64,000 nt of DNA from an uncultured Gammaproteobacteria bacterium (GTDB lineage: Bacteria > Pseudomonadota > Gammaproteobacteria > GCA-001735895), in contig CALJYH010000015.1 of the NCBI GenBank assembly GCA_937984095.1, positions 7,065-71,064 on the forward strand, given 5' to 3'. This document shows, one piece after another, positions 51,311 through 63,870 of the stretch. A program made the position numbers and the translations under genes. The notes below the pieces were generated by a model. The model searched no databases. It saw only the letters and a list, made by a program, of their open reading frames with translations, and was not told the DNA's origin. How positions within the stretch are numbered: the stretch's first letter is position 1; each line of letters starts with the position of its first letter.

Positions 51311-51691
51311 TTACGCCCCGAAAGAAATTTTCAACACCGAAATCACCCCGATCGTGCCGAGTAACAGGCATGCCAGGTTAGCTAACAGCAGGATTACCGT
51401 ACGTCGCGAATGCGACGAGACATAATCTTCAATGATGACCTGTAGTCCCAGCTGGGCATGATAAAAAGTAACGATGATTAGAAGTGTCAGCGCGACCGTG
51501 ACCCACGTCTGCTGTATCCAGCCGGTTAGCGTGGCGTGATCGACCGGCAATGCCGCGAGACTGAATCCGATCCATAGGACCAGCGGGATCATCAGCAGTG
51601 AAGTCAGGCGCTGCCGCCAGAAATGGCTGGTACCATCCTTGGCTGAACCGAGGCCCTTGACCCTGGACAGGGGTGATCTCAAATCGGCCAT
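51311..51691 (-). CDS. sdhD: Succinate dehydrogenase membrane anchor subunit
   Basis: 126 aa with 3 TM helices, immediately upstream of sdhA. Confidence 0.85.
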   Translation of the reverse strand: MADLRSPLSRVKGLGSAKDGTSHFWRQRLTSLLMIPLVLWIGFSLAALPVDHATLTGWIQQTWVTVALTLLIIVTFYHAQLGLQVIIEDYVSSHSRRTVILLLANLACLLLGTIGVISVLKISFGA

Positions 51692-51693
51692 GA

Positions 51694-52077
51694 CTACGCT
51701 ACCCCCGCAACCACCCAGGTTGCTATGGTTAATATGACGGCCATGGCTATTGCCAGCTTGGCGGTAATATCGACAACTTCAAGCTCAAAGCCATAGCCGA
51801 CATCCCAGAACAGATGCCTGACACCGTTACAAAAATGGAGGTAGAGCGAAAATATGAAACCGAGTAAAAAAATCTGACCATACCAACTGCCCAGGTGCGG
51901 TTCTATTGCCTGGTAAGCTTCGGCACTGTCGGCTGCAGCAGCCAGTATCCAAACCAGTAGCAAGCAGCCAAAGGTCAGGATCACACCCGTGATGCGATGA
52001 GTGATTGACAGTAGCGCGGTCAGCGGCAAGCGATAGATTTGTAAATGCGGGGATGTGGGATGATTACTATTGGACAT
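51694..52077 (-). CDS. sdhC: Succinate dehydrogenase cytochrome b556 subunit
   Basis: 127 aa with 3 TM helices and a heme-ligand His region (SITHRITGV). Confidence 0.85.
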   Translation of the reverse strand: MSNSNHPTSPHLQIYRLPLTALLSITHRITGVILTFGCLLLVWILAAAADSAEAYQAIEPHLGSWYGQIFLLGFIFSLYLHFCNGVRHLFWDVGYGFELEVVDITAKLAIAMAVILTIATWVVAGVA

Positions 52078-52409
52078 CGTCGATTACCAGTTTACGAGTT
52101 ACAGTTCATGCAAAACTATCGAGCCTATCAAAAATCAATACAGCGACCATTTTTTTCCCAGTCACCATATCGAGTCGGCTCTTTGCCCTTTGGACCGCCA
52201 TACTCTTCAGGCGACTTATCCTGTTCGCCTACCCGAGCCTCATCCCCATCGATTTCCGATGGTTTATCCGATGATTCCTGTTCTTTCATTCAAGCTGCAA
52301 ACTCTATTCTTATTGGGCAAAGATATTAACACAGTACAATTATTCGACGAGCACAAAAAGCATACCCACCTCACTCGGGGTACAAAATTCTATGACTTTT
52401 ATAAAAAAT

Positions 52410-53153
52410 CTACTGGTTTAGCAATTGCGGGATCAGTTGCTGGTGGGGCACATAACCGTTAAACATGGTGCCGTCGCTCGCGTAGAGCGCGGGCGTGCCA
52501 GTAACACCGATGCGATTACCAAGCATATAACCTTCATCGACATACAGGGCAGACTCACAATCCTCGGATGAAGCCAACGACCCCATCTTCGCTCCCTTGG
52601 CAATGCTCATGGCATCGAGTTTGTCATCAGCACACCAGACCTTTTTTAAATTGCTATAGCCCGGGCCGCGATTTCCGCCACGGGGATATGGAAAATAATG
52701 AACCGAAATACCCGCTTCCTGCAGGTACTTCACTTCTTTATGCAATTGCTGGCAATAGCCGCAACTGGTATCGGTAAATACGTTCAAGACCGCGAGCTCT
52801 TCGTTTTCGGCGGGGAATACGATCTGCTTTTTGCTATCGAAGCTGGCGAGTTCCTGTACGACCAGATCGCGCCGACTCACCTCGGTCATATTCCGCGCCA
52901 TCTTGAGATCGACCATGTCGCCTATAAAAACATAGCGCCCGCCTTCTATCAGGTACGCAAACTTGTTACCAAAGCGAGTTTGATAGACACCCTCAACACC
53001 GGTTGCGGTTGGGGGTTCCACCTTATCGGTACCGAGACGCAACTTGAGCAAGCGCGTCAGATCTTCGATCGACTCCTCGGCTGAATTGGCGAACGAGAAC
53101 GACAGCATAAATACCATGCTGGCAGCAAGGGCCTGCGGGATCAGTTTATTCAT
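52410..53153 (-). CDS. dsbC: Periplasmic thiol:disulfide interchange protein (DsbC/DsbG family)
   Basis: Signal peptide, an N-terminal dimerisation region, and a thioredoxin fold with CGYC active site. Confidence 0.75.
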   Translation of the reverse strand: MNKLIPQALAASMVFMLSFSFANSAEESIEDLTRLLKLRLGTDKVEPPTATGVEGVYQTRFGNKFAYLIEGGRYVFIGDMVDLKMARNMTEVSRRDLVVQELASFDSKKQIVFPAENEELAVLNVFTDTSCGYCQQLHKEVKYLQEAGISVHYFPYPRGGNRGPGYSNLKKVWCADDKLDAMSIAKGAKMGSLASSEDCESALYVDEGYMLGNRIGVTGTPALYASDGTMFNGYVPHQQLIPQLLNQ

Positions 53154-53201
53154 CGGCTAATTATTGGCTTAAAGTAGATATATTAGTCTAACTATGCGCT
53201 A

Positions 53202-53789
53202 TTAAGTTCGTTTTTTCCAGATCAGGCAGCGATTATTGGTCGGCATTTCAACATCCTCGAATAAATCGAGCCGAACCTTGCCGGCAAGTTCCTCGATCCA
53301 TTCGTAGTCCCTGATCCCACTGTCGGCATCACGCGACTTAAGCATTTGATCGAAGCGGGCGTTACTTTCCGAGGTGTAAGCGCCGTCATAATTGAACGGC
53401 CCGTAAACCGCAAACACACCACCCGGTTTCAGGCAGCGACCGACACCCTCGATACAATTAGCGACCATTGTTTTATTCATAATATGGAAACTGTTGGCGG
53501 TATAGATGAAGTCATATAGACGATCAGGCCAGTTTCCGAGCACATCGAGCTCAATTGGTGCGGCCAGGTTTTGCAGCCCCGAGGCCTTAATCCTCGCCTT
53601 GATACCAGGCAGGTTGGCGGGTAGATCCGAGGTCTGCCAGACTATCTCTGGCAGCTGGCTGCTGAAGAACACCGCGTGCTGACCGGTGCCGCTACCTATT
53701 TCGAGCACATCGCCTTTCAGACAGGCCTTGATCGCTTCAAAAATGACGGCCTTGTTTTGCTCGGCGGATTCAGCAAAAGGAAGATTCAT
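53202..53789 (-). CDS. Class I SAM-dependent methyltransferase (DUF938-like)
   Basis: VLEIGSGTGQHAVFF SAM-binding motif I. About 195 aa. ATGA-coupled to rarA. Confidence 0.6.
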   Translation of the reverse strand: MNLPFAESAEQNKAVIFEAIKACLKGDVLEIGSGTGQHAVFFSSQLPEIVWQTSDLPANLPGIKARIKASGLQNLAAPIELDVLGNWPDRLYDFIYTANSFHIMNKTMVANCIEGVGRCLKPGGVFAVYGPFNYDGAYTSESNARFDQMLKSRDADSGIRDYEWIEELAGKVRLDLFEDVEMPTNNRCLIWKKRT

Positions 53790-55087
53790 GATTTTGCATC
53801 ACGGTTGGCTTTGCGCAAACGCTCGAGTTTTTCTGCAATCTTTATTTCGAGCCCGCGTTCGACGGGATGATAGTACTGTCGATCCAGCAGGGCCTCGGGA
53901 AAATAGGTTTCACCCGCGGCAAAAGCGTCCGCCTCATCGTGGGCATAGTGGTAGTCATCACCGTAACCCTGCTCTTTCATGAAACGGGTGGGTGCATTGC
54001 GCAAATGCATCGGCACTTCGAGACTGCCTGAATCCCGCGCATCCTGCATCGCTTCCTTATAGGCGTTGTAGAGCGCGTTACTCTTGGCCGCGCAGGCCAG
54101 GTAAACAACCCCCTGCGCGATTGCGAGCTCCCCTTCCGGACTGCCAAGCCGCTCAAAAGTCTGCCAACCGTTGAGACACAACTCCAGCCCGCGCGGATCG
54201 GCGATACCAATATCTTCGACCGCCATGCGCACCACGCGCCTCGCTATATACTTCGGGTCACAACCACCATCGATCATACGACAGAACCAGTAAAGCGCCG
54301 CATCAGGATCCGAACCGCGCACCGATTTGTGCAGTGCTGATATCTGCTCGTAAAAAACGTCGCCACCCTTGTCAAAGCGCCGTGGTCCCTGCTGTGCTAT
54401 TTCTCCAACCAGGTTTGCATTGATTTGGCTGTCTTCAGCGAGGTCGCTGATGATTTCAAGATATGTCAGTGCCCGCCGTGCATCACCGTCGGCAACCTGC
54501 GCCAGCAGCGTGCAGGCATCGGCTTCAATACTGAGGTCGAGTTTGCCCAGTCCCTGCTCCCTGTCTTCGAGCGCTCGGCGAATCACCTGTTCGATATCCT
54601 CGGCCTGGATCTGCTTTAGCACATAGGTTCGGGTCCGCGACAACAGCGCATTGTTTAGTTCGAACGAAGGATTCTCGGTAGTGGCCCCGACGAACAGAAT
54701 CGTACCATCCTCGATATGGGGCAAAAACGCATCTTGTTGTGCCTTGTTGAAGCGATGAACCTCGTCAATAAACAACACCGTGGGACCCTGAAACTGACGC
54801 GCCTGTTCGATTGCGTCGCGAATATCCTTAACCCCGGCAAGTACCGCTGACAGTGTGATAAATCGGGCATCCGAGTATTCGGCAATAAGCCTTGCGATCG
54901 TGGTCTTACCAGTTCCCGGGGGACCCCAGAAAATCATCGAGTGCAGTTTGTTGGCCTCGATTGCCTGGCGTAACGGTTTGCCGGGCGCCAGCAGGTGCGA
55001 CTGGCCAAAGACCTGGTCCAGCTTGCGCGGACGCATGCGATCAGCGAGCGGTTTGAATCCCTTTTCCGCATTAAACAAATCGTTCAT
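53786..55087 (-). CDS. rarA: Replication-associated recombination protein A (AAA+ ATPase)
   Basis: Walker [10 protein letters not shown], Walker [12 protein letters not shown], conserved C-terminal MgsA domain. Start taken at ATG MNDLF. The track's longer ORF begins at TTG. Confidence 0.9.
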   Translation of the reverse strand: MNDLFNAEKGFKPLADRMRPRKLDQVFGQSHLLAPGKPLRQAIEANKLHSMIFWGPPGTGKTTIARLIAEYSDARFITLSAVLAGVKDIRDAIEQARQFQGPTVLFIDEVHRFNKAQQDAFLPHIEDGTILFVGATTENPSFELNNALLSRTRTYVLKQIQAEDIEQVIRRALEDREQGLGKLDLSIEADACTLLAQVADGDARRALTYLEIISDLAEDSQINANLVGEIAQQGPRRFDKGGDVFYEQISALHKSVRGSDPDAALYWFCRMIDGGCDPKYIARRVVRMAVEDIGIADPRGLELCLNGWQTFERLGSPEGELAIAQGVVYLACAAKSNALYNAYKEAMQDARDSGSLEVPMHLRNAPTRFMKEQGYGDDYHYAHDEADAFAAGETYFPEALLDRQYYHPVERGLEIKIAEKLERLRKANRDAKS

Positions 55088-55113
55088 AGACGGCAACGCG
55101 AAACGGCTGAAAC

Positions 55114-55737
55114 TTAGCCGCCTACTCCGTACACATCGACACCGTCGGGGGGCACAAACTTGAAGGTGGACGGGTTATGTACCACGCCAAAGCGCAGGTT
55201 ATCAAACACGATCTGGGTGCTCTGCCCGAACTGATCCTGCAGCTCCATGGCGCGCACGTTACCATCCTCGAGACCGATAAAGATACGCTGGTACTCGAGA
55301 TCTTTAGCCTTCGGCTCGAGTTCGATCCAGAAAAGAAACTTGCGTTGCCCGACTTCGATGACATTGAATTGCTGGGTGACATCGGATTCTTTCATCAGGA
55401 TCATAATCGGCGCGTTGGAAATGCTTTCGTCCATCGGTTTGACCGTAACCTGGTCGAGCTCGACATCGTAAACCCAGAGCTCGCTACCGTCGGCAATGAT
55501 ACGTTGCTCGAAAGGTTCGGTGTAAATCCAGGAAAACTTGCCGGGGCGTTGCAGCGCCAGTGTGCCGCGGCTTTGCTGAACGACATTCTTGTCTTCATCG
55601 AGCAGTGTCTGTTTGAACTCGGCGCTCAGGTTATCCATGTTCTTGAGCGCAGCCTTGAGACGCTGCTCGGCATCCTCGGCCCAGGCTGGCATGGACAGAC
55701 TGGTAATGATTGCAATTAAAAGTACAGGGAATTTCAT
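55114..55737 (-). CDS. lolA: Outer-membrane lipoprotein carrier protein
   Basis: Signal peptide (…SMPAWAED), then LolA-fold sequence (FKQ…GTLALQRPGKFSWIYTEP…LWVYD). ftsK-lolA-rarA synteny as in enterics. Confidence 0.85.
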   Translation of the reverse strand: MKFPVLLIAIITSLSMPAWAEDAEQRLKAALKNMDNLSAEFKQTLLDEDKNVVQQSRGTLALQRPGKFSWIYTEPFEQRIIADGSELWVYDVELDQVTVKPMDESISNAPIMILMKESDVTQQFNVIEVGQRKFLFWIELEPKAKDLEYQRIFIGLEDGNVRAMELQDQFGQSTQIVFDNLRFGVVHNPSTFKFVPPDGVDVYGVGG

Positions 55738-55739
55738 CT

Positions 55740-58070
55740 TCAATCCGCTGGAGGTGGTGGTGGCGCTAACACTTCTCGGCTACCGTTCGATTGCACCATG
55801 GAAACGACACCGGATGCCTCCATTTCTTCAATCATGCGCGCGGCCCGGTTATAACCGATCTTCAGGCGTCGCTGCACGTAGGATATCGAAGCCTTGCGAG
55901 TCTCGGTAACAACCGCTACAGCCTCGTCATAAAGGGGGTCCGCCTCTTCACCATTGGAATCACGCGGTCCCTCTCCGGGCAATACCGCCGAGGATGATTC
56001 TTCAAGGACATCGGCAATGTAATTTGGTTCACCCGACTTCTTGATTTCGTTGATGACGGCGTGCACCTCGTGATCATCGACGAATGCGCCATGTACGCGT
56101 TCGGGCACACTGGTGCCGGGCGGCAGGTAAAGCATATCACCATGACCGAGCAGGGTTTCCGCGCCCATTTGATCGAGTATGGTGCGCGAATCTACTTTAG
56201 ATGACACCTGGAAAGCGATGCGGGTTGGGATATTCGACTTGATCAGCCCGGTGATAACATCCACCGAGGGACGTTGCGTTGCCAGCAACAGGTGCAGACC
56301 CGAGGCACGCGCTTTCTGTGCCAGTCGCGCAATCAGTTCCTCGACCTTTTTGCCCACCACCATGATCATGTCAGCAAATTCATCAACCACCACGACGATA
56401 TACGGCAGGGTTTCCAGGTCTTCAGGCTTTGCATCGGGATCTAGTAACAACGTCTTCTTGTCAAATAACGGGTCTTTGATCGGCGTTCCCGCGGCATTTG
56501 CCTCGCGAATCTTGCGGTTGTAGCCCGCGATATTGCGCACCCCAAGCGATGCCATCAGTCGGTAGCGCCGCTCCATCTCCGCCACGCACCAGCGCAGTGC
56601 GTTGGCAGCTTCCTTCATGTCGGTAACGACCGGCGCTATCAGATGCGGAATGCCTTCATATATGTTGAGCTCGAGCATCTTTGGATCAATCAGAATCATG
56701 CGCACATCTTCCGGGGTCGCCTTGAACAGGATACTAAGCAACATTGCATTGATCGCAACTGATTTACCGGAACCGGTGGTGCCGGCAACCAGCAGGTGCG
56801 GCATCCTGGCCAAATCGGCGACGACAGCCTCACCGCTGATGTCTTTACCCAGGGCGAGCGTCAACGGCGAGGCAGCCTGGTCGAAGCTTTTCGACTGGAT
56901 GATCTCGCTGAGTGCCACCAGCTCCCGATTCTCGTTCGGAATTTCGAGTCCCATCACCGACTTGCCCGGAATAATTTCGACAACCCGTACCGCGATAACC
57001 GACAGTGCCCGCGCCAGGTCCTTGGAAAGATTTGAAATCTGGCTGACCTTGACACCCGGCGCGGGCAGAATTTCAAAACGCGTAATAACCGGGCCCGGAT
57101 GAACCGATTCAACCTGGATCTCAATGCCAAAATCGAGCAACTTTAATTCGAGCTGTTGCGACATCGCTTCAAGAGCTGACTTGGAGTAACCGGCAACTTT
57201 CGGCTTCGGCTTGTCCAGCAGTGCCAATGGAGGAATCGTGCTATTGCCCTTGCTAGTGGTTTTAAACAGCGGAATCTGTTTTTCTTTCTCGACGCGCACA
57301 CTCGGTTCGATATGTTCCACCACCGGTTCGATTTTCACCGGTTTACGCTTTTCGAGTTTCTTTTGTTGCACCTGGAAAACCTGGTCACGCTCGCTGCGGT
57401 TACGATTACCCTCCGCCCTGTCTCGCATCAGGTAGTAGCGGTCGAGCAGACTATCTAACAACAGCAGCGTGTACTTGCCGACATTGTCGACCAGTGCCAG
57501 CCACGACAATCCGCTAAACAGCGTCAAACCCGCTAGAAATAAAGCCAGGTGCATTACCGTGGCCCCGATGAAACCCAGTCCCTGTGAAAAATAATTGCCC
57601 GCGATCTGTCCAAGAATCCCGCCCGCATCGAGCGGCATGGCACCGGGTTCTACCGAAAAATGAAGGCTCGACAGTGCACAACCCGAAATTAAGGTCAGCA
57701 CAAAACCGCTCCAGCGAATGATCAGAAGCTGGTAACGGTCTTCAGGGCTCAGGTCACGCATCCTGACCAGGATCATGCCATTATAAATCAGCATAATCGG
57801 CAACAGGAACGCCAGGAACCCAAACAGGTAGAAGGTCAGATCAGCAATCCAGGCACCCGCAGTGCCACCGAAATTACTGATTTCACTATTGCTGCCGCTA
57901 TGTGACCAGGACGGATCCAGCGCGTCGTAACTGAACATCGCGACCAGGAAGTAGCCAGCGAGTGCAAATGACAGCAACATGCCTGCCTCGCGCAGGCGCT
58001 GATTTACCTGGCCGAACATCAGCCTGGCGTCCTGTTCATCGGAATGTGGTTTGTGTCTAGCTTGCGCCAC
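55740..58070 (-). CDS. ftsK: DNA translocase FtsK
   Basis: N-terminal polytopic membrane domain, a linker, a motor domain with Walker A GTTGSGKS and Walker B, and a C-terminal gamma wHTH domain (…[24 protein letters not shown]). GTG start. Confidence 0.95.
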   Translation of the reverse strand: MAQARHKPHSDEQDARLMFGQVNQRLREAGMLLSFALAGYFLVAMFSYDALDPSWSHSGSNSEISNFGGTAGAWIADLTFYLFGFLAFLLPIMLIYNGMILVRMRDLSPEDRYQLLIIRWSGFVLTLISGCALSSLHFSVEPGAMPLDAGGILGQIAGNYFSQGLGFIGATVMHLALFLAGLTLFSGLSWLALVDNVGKYTLLLLDSLLDRYYLMRDRAEGNRNRSERDQVFQVQQKKLEKRKPVKIEPVVEHIEPSVRVEKEKQIPLFKTTSKGNSTIPPLALLDKPKPKVAGYSKSALEAMSQQLELKLLDFGIEIQVESVHPGPVITRFEILPAPGVKVSQISNLSKDLARALSVIAVRVVEIIPGKSVMGLEIPNENRELVALSEIIQSKSFDQAASPLTLALGKDISGEAVVADLARMPHLLVAGTTGSGKSVAINAMLLSILFKATPEDVRMILIDPKMLELNIYEGIPHLIAPVVTDMKEAANALRWCVAEMERRYRLMASLGVRNIAGYNRKIREANAAGTPIKDPLFDKKTLLLDPDAKPEDLETLPYIVVVVDEFADMIMVVGKKVEELIARLAQKARASGLHLLLATQRPSVDVITGLIKSNIPTRIAFQVSSKVDSRTILDQMGAETLLGHGDMLYLPPGTSVPERVHGAFVDDHEVHAVINEIKKSGEPNYIADVLEESSSAVLPGEGPRDSNGEEADPLYDEAVAVVTETRKASISYVQRRLKIGYNRAARMIEEMEASGVVSMVQSNGSREVLAPPPPPAD

Positions 58071-58225
58071 TTTGATAAATGCTCTGCGTAAAGCAGCTTA
58101 TTTTACATGATCAGCTCGGCCGGGAACCAGAATTAATACCATTGAAATAATATGCCTGATCGCCATATAGTCATTTCTATTTTTTGCCATTACTATTGGC
58201 TTCTTTTCTAACCCTGTCATTCTGA

Positions 58226-60350
<2,125 letters not shown>

Positions 60351-60394
60351 CGATATTTAACTTTAAGTATATATCGTAAATAACTGTTTTATAT

Positions 60395-61039
60395 ATGATT
60401 CCTTGGTTAGAGCCAACGACAAAACCATATTTCCCGGACACCTCTACGGTGCTTACCGAGCCGGCAGGATTACTGGCCGCCGGTGGAAGACTCGACGTTG
60501 AATGGCTGCTGGTTGCCTATCGCCAGGGTATTTTTCCCTGGTTTAGCGAAAATGAACCGATTCTGTGGTGGTGTCCAGCGCCACGCACAGTGCTCTACCC
60601 CAAACGTTTTTATCAAAGTAAAAGCCTGCAGAAACTGGCCCGTCAACGGCGTTACCAGATAACCGTGGACCAAGATTTCGAAGCAGTAATCGAAGCCTGC
60701 GCCGCTGATCGCGAAGGTCAGAGCGGCACCTGGATCAATTCGCAAATGATCGATGCCTATATCGAGATGCACCACGCCGGATTTGCGCATTCGATAGAAT
60801 GTCGCCACCAGGATGAGCTTGTGGGTGGACTTTACGGAATTGGGCTCGGCAGGATATTTTTCGGTGAATCCATGTTCAGTCGTGCGGCCAATGCCTCGAA
60901 GCTCTGCCTCAAGCACCTGGTTGATTCGGGCAACTATGAAATGATTGACTGCCAGTTGCCAACCGAGCATTTGCATTCACTGGGTGCAATCGAAATCAGC
61001 CGCGATGAATTCGAATCAGCTTTGAATCGCTGGATTTAG
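60395..61039 (+). CDS. aat: Leucyl/phenylalanyl-tRNA--protein transferase
   Basis: YRQGIFPWFSENEPILWWCPAPRTVL and HHAGFAHSIECRHQDELVGGLYGIGLG are conserved Aat motifs. Confidence 0.9.
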   Translation: MIPWLEPTTKPYFPDTSTVLTEPAGLLAAGGRLDVEWLLVAYRQGIFPWFSENEPILWWCPAPRTVLYPKRFYQSKSLQKLARQRRYQITVDQDFEAVIEACAADREGQSGTWINSQMIDAYIEMHHAGFAHSIECRHQDELVGGLYGIGLGRIFFGESMFSRAANASKLCLKHLVDSGNYEMIDCQLPTEHLHSLGAIEISRDEFESALNRWI

Positions 61040-61152
61040 CCAGAAATCTGACTGATGTCAAAATTGACCTGTATCAAAGCCCGATATGCTGAAAACACTA
61101 TATTGGAGACTTAAATAACGATTAAACTCTGACTGCGAGTGAGGAGAGAATC

Positions 61153-61569
61153 ATGAAGTATTCCAGAATAATATTTGCTTGCCTGCTGCTGTTGACCTTA
61201 AACGCCTATGCCGGCAATACCTCCGCGCCTGACGGAGCCAGCGTGTATATCGTCTCTCCGGGACACGGCGAGGCAGTCACATCTCCGCTCAAGGTCGTCT
61301 TCGGATTATCTGGTATGGGCGTCGCGCCCGCGGGTATCGACAAGGCCAAAACCGGACATCATCACCTTCTCATCGATACTGCCGTGCCTGATCTGAACAA
61401 ACCCATTCCGGCTGATGACAATCACCGGCATTTTGGCGGTGGCCAAACCGAGGTCGTGATTGAACTCGCGCCGGGCAAGCATACGCTGCAGTTGCTACTC
61501 GCCGACTTTACCCATACGCCGCACAATCCACCGGTTATGTCGGAGCAAATCACCATCATGGTGCAGTAA
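61153..61569 (+). CDS. DUF4399-like periplasmic protein
   Basis: Signal peptide, then a small beta-rich domain with a TGHHHLLID motif typical of DUF4399. Confidence 0.55.
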   Translation: MKYSRIIFACLLLLTLNAYAGNTSAPDGASVYIVSPGHGEAVTSPLKVVFGLSGMGVAPAGIDKAKTGHHHLLIDTAVPDLNKPIPADDNHRHFGGGQTEVVIELAPGKHTLQLLLADFTHTPHNPPVMSEQITIMVQ

Positions 61570-61664
61570 AATCAGGCTCCTGCGGGTAGCGCTAATATAC
61601 CGCTTACTGACCAATAGCTGTGCATCTACCAGGATGCCATGCGAACTACTTCGGCAACATCGTC

Positions 61665-63773
61665 ATGATTCCTGTCACCGGGATTGACAAGTTGCTTGAT
61701 GGTTTCTTATTGAGAATCCTGTCAAACGCTGTAGTAATTCTGGTTTTCGCCACTCTGGTGCCCGGATGCGCGAGCACTCCGACAAATCTCGCGGAGATAG
61801 ACGCTGACGCAGATTCGAGGGTCCTGCCAATGATCGCGCTAGAGGGTTATCGTGGCGACGAGAATTTCTTCGTCAAGTATCGTGTCGGCGACCGCATACG
61901 CTACGCTGGTGGCAATTGGAGCAATCGGTTGGAGCTGATCGAGACACCGCTGACGCCGCGCCCCAATTACGCAACTCCAACCCTGGTGTCCATGGAGTAT
62001 CACCAGGAAACTCCATGGAAGTCGCTACCGCAGGTTCTCGTCCAGGTGCCTGTCCTGGGTGTTGACCAGTGGCACCTGCTGCGTAACCGGCTACTACGCG
62101 CCGTGGTACCCGATAATGGTAAGGGGGTGGTAGTCGATTTCGGATATACCGAGTATTTCCTGTTCTATGACGAAAACGGTGAATTCCAGGCAACACGACT
62201 AACCGACAAGCCGACCAATTACCAGGTGCATACAATCCTTCGTTTTGACGAATTCATGCGTCGTGGGCGCCCTATTCTGGAAGCCTATCTTAAAGAACAG
62301 GGCATCACCGAGACCGAGTTTGTTTTCAACACCGGGGACACAGGTTGGTATTCACTCCCGTTTCTTTACGTGAACACCAACCGTCATTTACTGGTATTTA
62401 TCAGAAACGAGCCACAACGAGCAGTCGCGGTAACAAGCGTGCCCGGATTAAAGAGTGGCCAGGCGTTTGGGCATGTCATGCGAAGCCACCTTACCAATCT
62501 TCTTTTGCGCCCTGTTTCCTCGCTATACCGACTGTTTTTCGTGGTCACCGACACAACTATCTCTACCTTTCGCTTCGATTGGCTGACCGGTCTGGCCGAT
62601 AAGCCGGTACCAGCACTCAGCGACGCGCCGCCGATGGACCTGCAAAGCTGGGAAAGCGAGCTCGAAAAGATAGCTCGCAACTCGGAATCTGCCGGCAGTA
62701 TAGATTTCCTGGTCGACGGAGAGACTTTCTTTACCCGCTTTGTCGATGCCGTCACCAGCGCAGAGCATTCGGTGCAGTTGCAGACCTATATTTTTGATAA
62801 CGACGATTTTGCGGTAAGGATAGCCGAGTTACTGAAGCGGCGCTCCAACGAAGGGGTCGATGTAAAGGTCCTGCTTGATGGACTGGGCACAATCGGGGGG
62901 ACCATGTCGGACTCCGAGTCCCTGCCGGAGCAACACGAACCACCCGCCTCGGTACGTCGATTTCTGGAGACCGATTCACAGGTAGACGTGCGTCAGAAAG
63001 CCAATCCCTGGTTCACGGGTGATCACATCAAAAGCACCATCATAGATCAGAAAACAGCCTATGTCGGTGGCATGAACATCGGTCGTGAATACCGCTACGA
63101 CTGGCACGATCTGATGATGGAATTGCGCGGACCAGTTGTTAGCAAGCTGGCACGGGAATTTCGGACTTCATGGATGCATTCTGGTCCACTGGGTGATCTC
63201 GGTTACGTTATTTCCCAGAACTCACCGACCGTTAAGTCTACCAGTGATGAAGGACACCCCCTGCGGGTGTTGCTCACAGCACCCGGCAACTACGAGATCT
63301 ACAAGGCGCAGCTTAAAGCGATACAGCGGGCACAGCGTTATATTTACGTTCAAAACGCCTACTTCACCGACGATCGATTGCTGCGCGAGCTAGTCATGGC
63401 CCGCCGTCGGGGCGTCGACGTGCGCGTTATTATCCCGATGGAAACCGACCACGGTCCTATCACCCGAAGTAATGTCCTGGCCGCTAACGTGATGCTGAAG
63501 CATGGCATTCGCGTCTATATCTACCCGGGTTTCTCACATGTTAAGGCAGCGATTTACGACGGTTGGGTCTGTGTTGGCTCCGCCAACTTCGACCGCCTGA
63601 GCCTGCGCCTCAACCGGGAATTGAATATCACGAGCTCAGACCCGACAGTAGCCGGGCAATTGCTAGAACGTTTGTTTGTGCCGGATTTTCTTGGCTCGCC
63701 GGAACTGACCGAGCCCATCCCGGAGCGCTGGATCGATCACATGGTGGAGATTGTCAGCGATTTCATGTACTAA
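61665..63773 (+). CDS. Phospholipase D-family lipoprotein with tandem HKD motifs and an unassigned ~330-aa N-terminal domain
   Basis: Lipobox LVPGCAS after a hydrophobic leader. Two HxKxxxxD motifs (HIKSTIIDQKTAYVGGMNIG and HVKAAIYDGWVCVGSANFD). Start taken at MIPVTG. The track ORF begins 45 nt earlier. Confidence 0.7.
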   Translation: MIPVTGIDKLLDGFLLRILSNAVVILVFATLVPGCASTPTNLAEIDADADSRVLPMIALEGYRGDENFFVKYRVGDRIRYAGGNWSNRLELIETPLTPRPNYATPTLVSMEYHQETPWKSLPQVLVQVPVLGVDQWHLLRNRLLRAVVPDNGKGVVVDFGYTEYFLFYDENGEFQATRLTDKPTNYQVHTILRFDEFMRRGRPILEAYLKEQGITETEFVFNTGDTGWYSLPFLYVNTNRHLLVFIRNEPQRAVAVTSVPGLKSGQAFGHVMRSHLTNLLLRPVSSLYRLFFVVTDTTISTFRFDWLTGLADKPVPALSDAPPMDLQSWESELEKIARNSESAGSIDFLVDGETFFTRFVDAVTSAEHSVQLQTYIFDNDDFAVRIAELLKRRSNEGVDVKVLLDGLGTIGGTMSDSESLPEQHEPPASVRRFLETDSQVDVRQKANPWFTGDHIKSTIIDQKTAYVGGMNIGREYRYDWHDLMMELRGPVVSKLAREFRTSWMHSGPLGDLGYVISQNSPTVKSTSDEGHPLRVLLTAPGNYEIYKAQLKAIQRAQRYIYVQNAYFTDDRLLRELVMARRRGVDVRVIIPMETDHGPITRSNVLAANVMLKHGIRVYIYPGFSHVKAAIYDGWVCVGSANFDRLSLRLNRELNITSSDPTVAGQLLERLFVPDFLGSPELTEPIPERWIDHMVEIVSDFMY

Positions 63774-63800
63774 GCGGCCCGTCCTGACATAATTTTGCTG

Positions 63801-63870
63801 TCATCCCAACCTGTTGGCAGTCATCCCGGCCTACGAGCCGGGATCTCGAAACTCACGGGATGACCACTAT
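63801..63870. terminator. Nested hairpin between convergent genes (putative bidirectional terminator)
   Basis: Inner stem CCCGGC-ctacga-GCCGGG, enclosed by outer GTCATCCCG…CGGGATGAC pairing. No long U-tract, so efficiency is uncertain. Confidence 0.3.

Noticed and set aside
61665-63773. PLD-domain protein as a possible anti-phage nuclease (defence island)
   Set aside because: A lipoprotein signal, tandem HKD motifs typical of lipid-acting PLD/Cls enzymes, and housekeeping flanks (aat, sucD) all argue against it. No partner ATPase, methylase or helicase is present.
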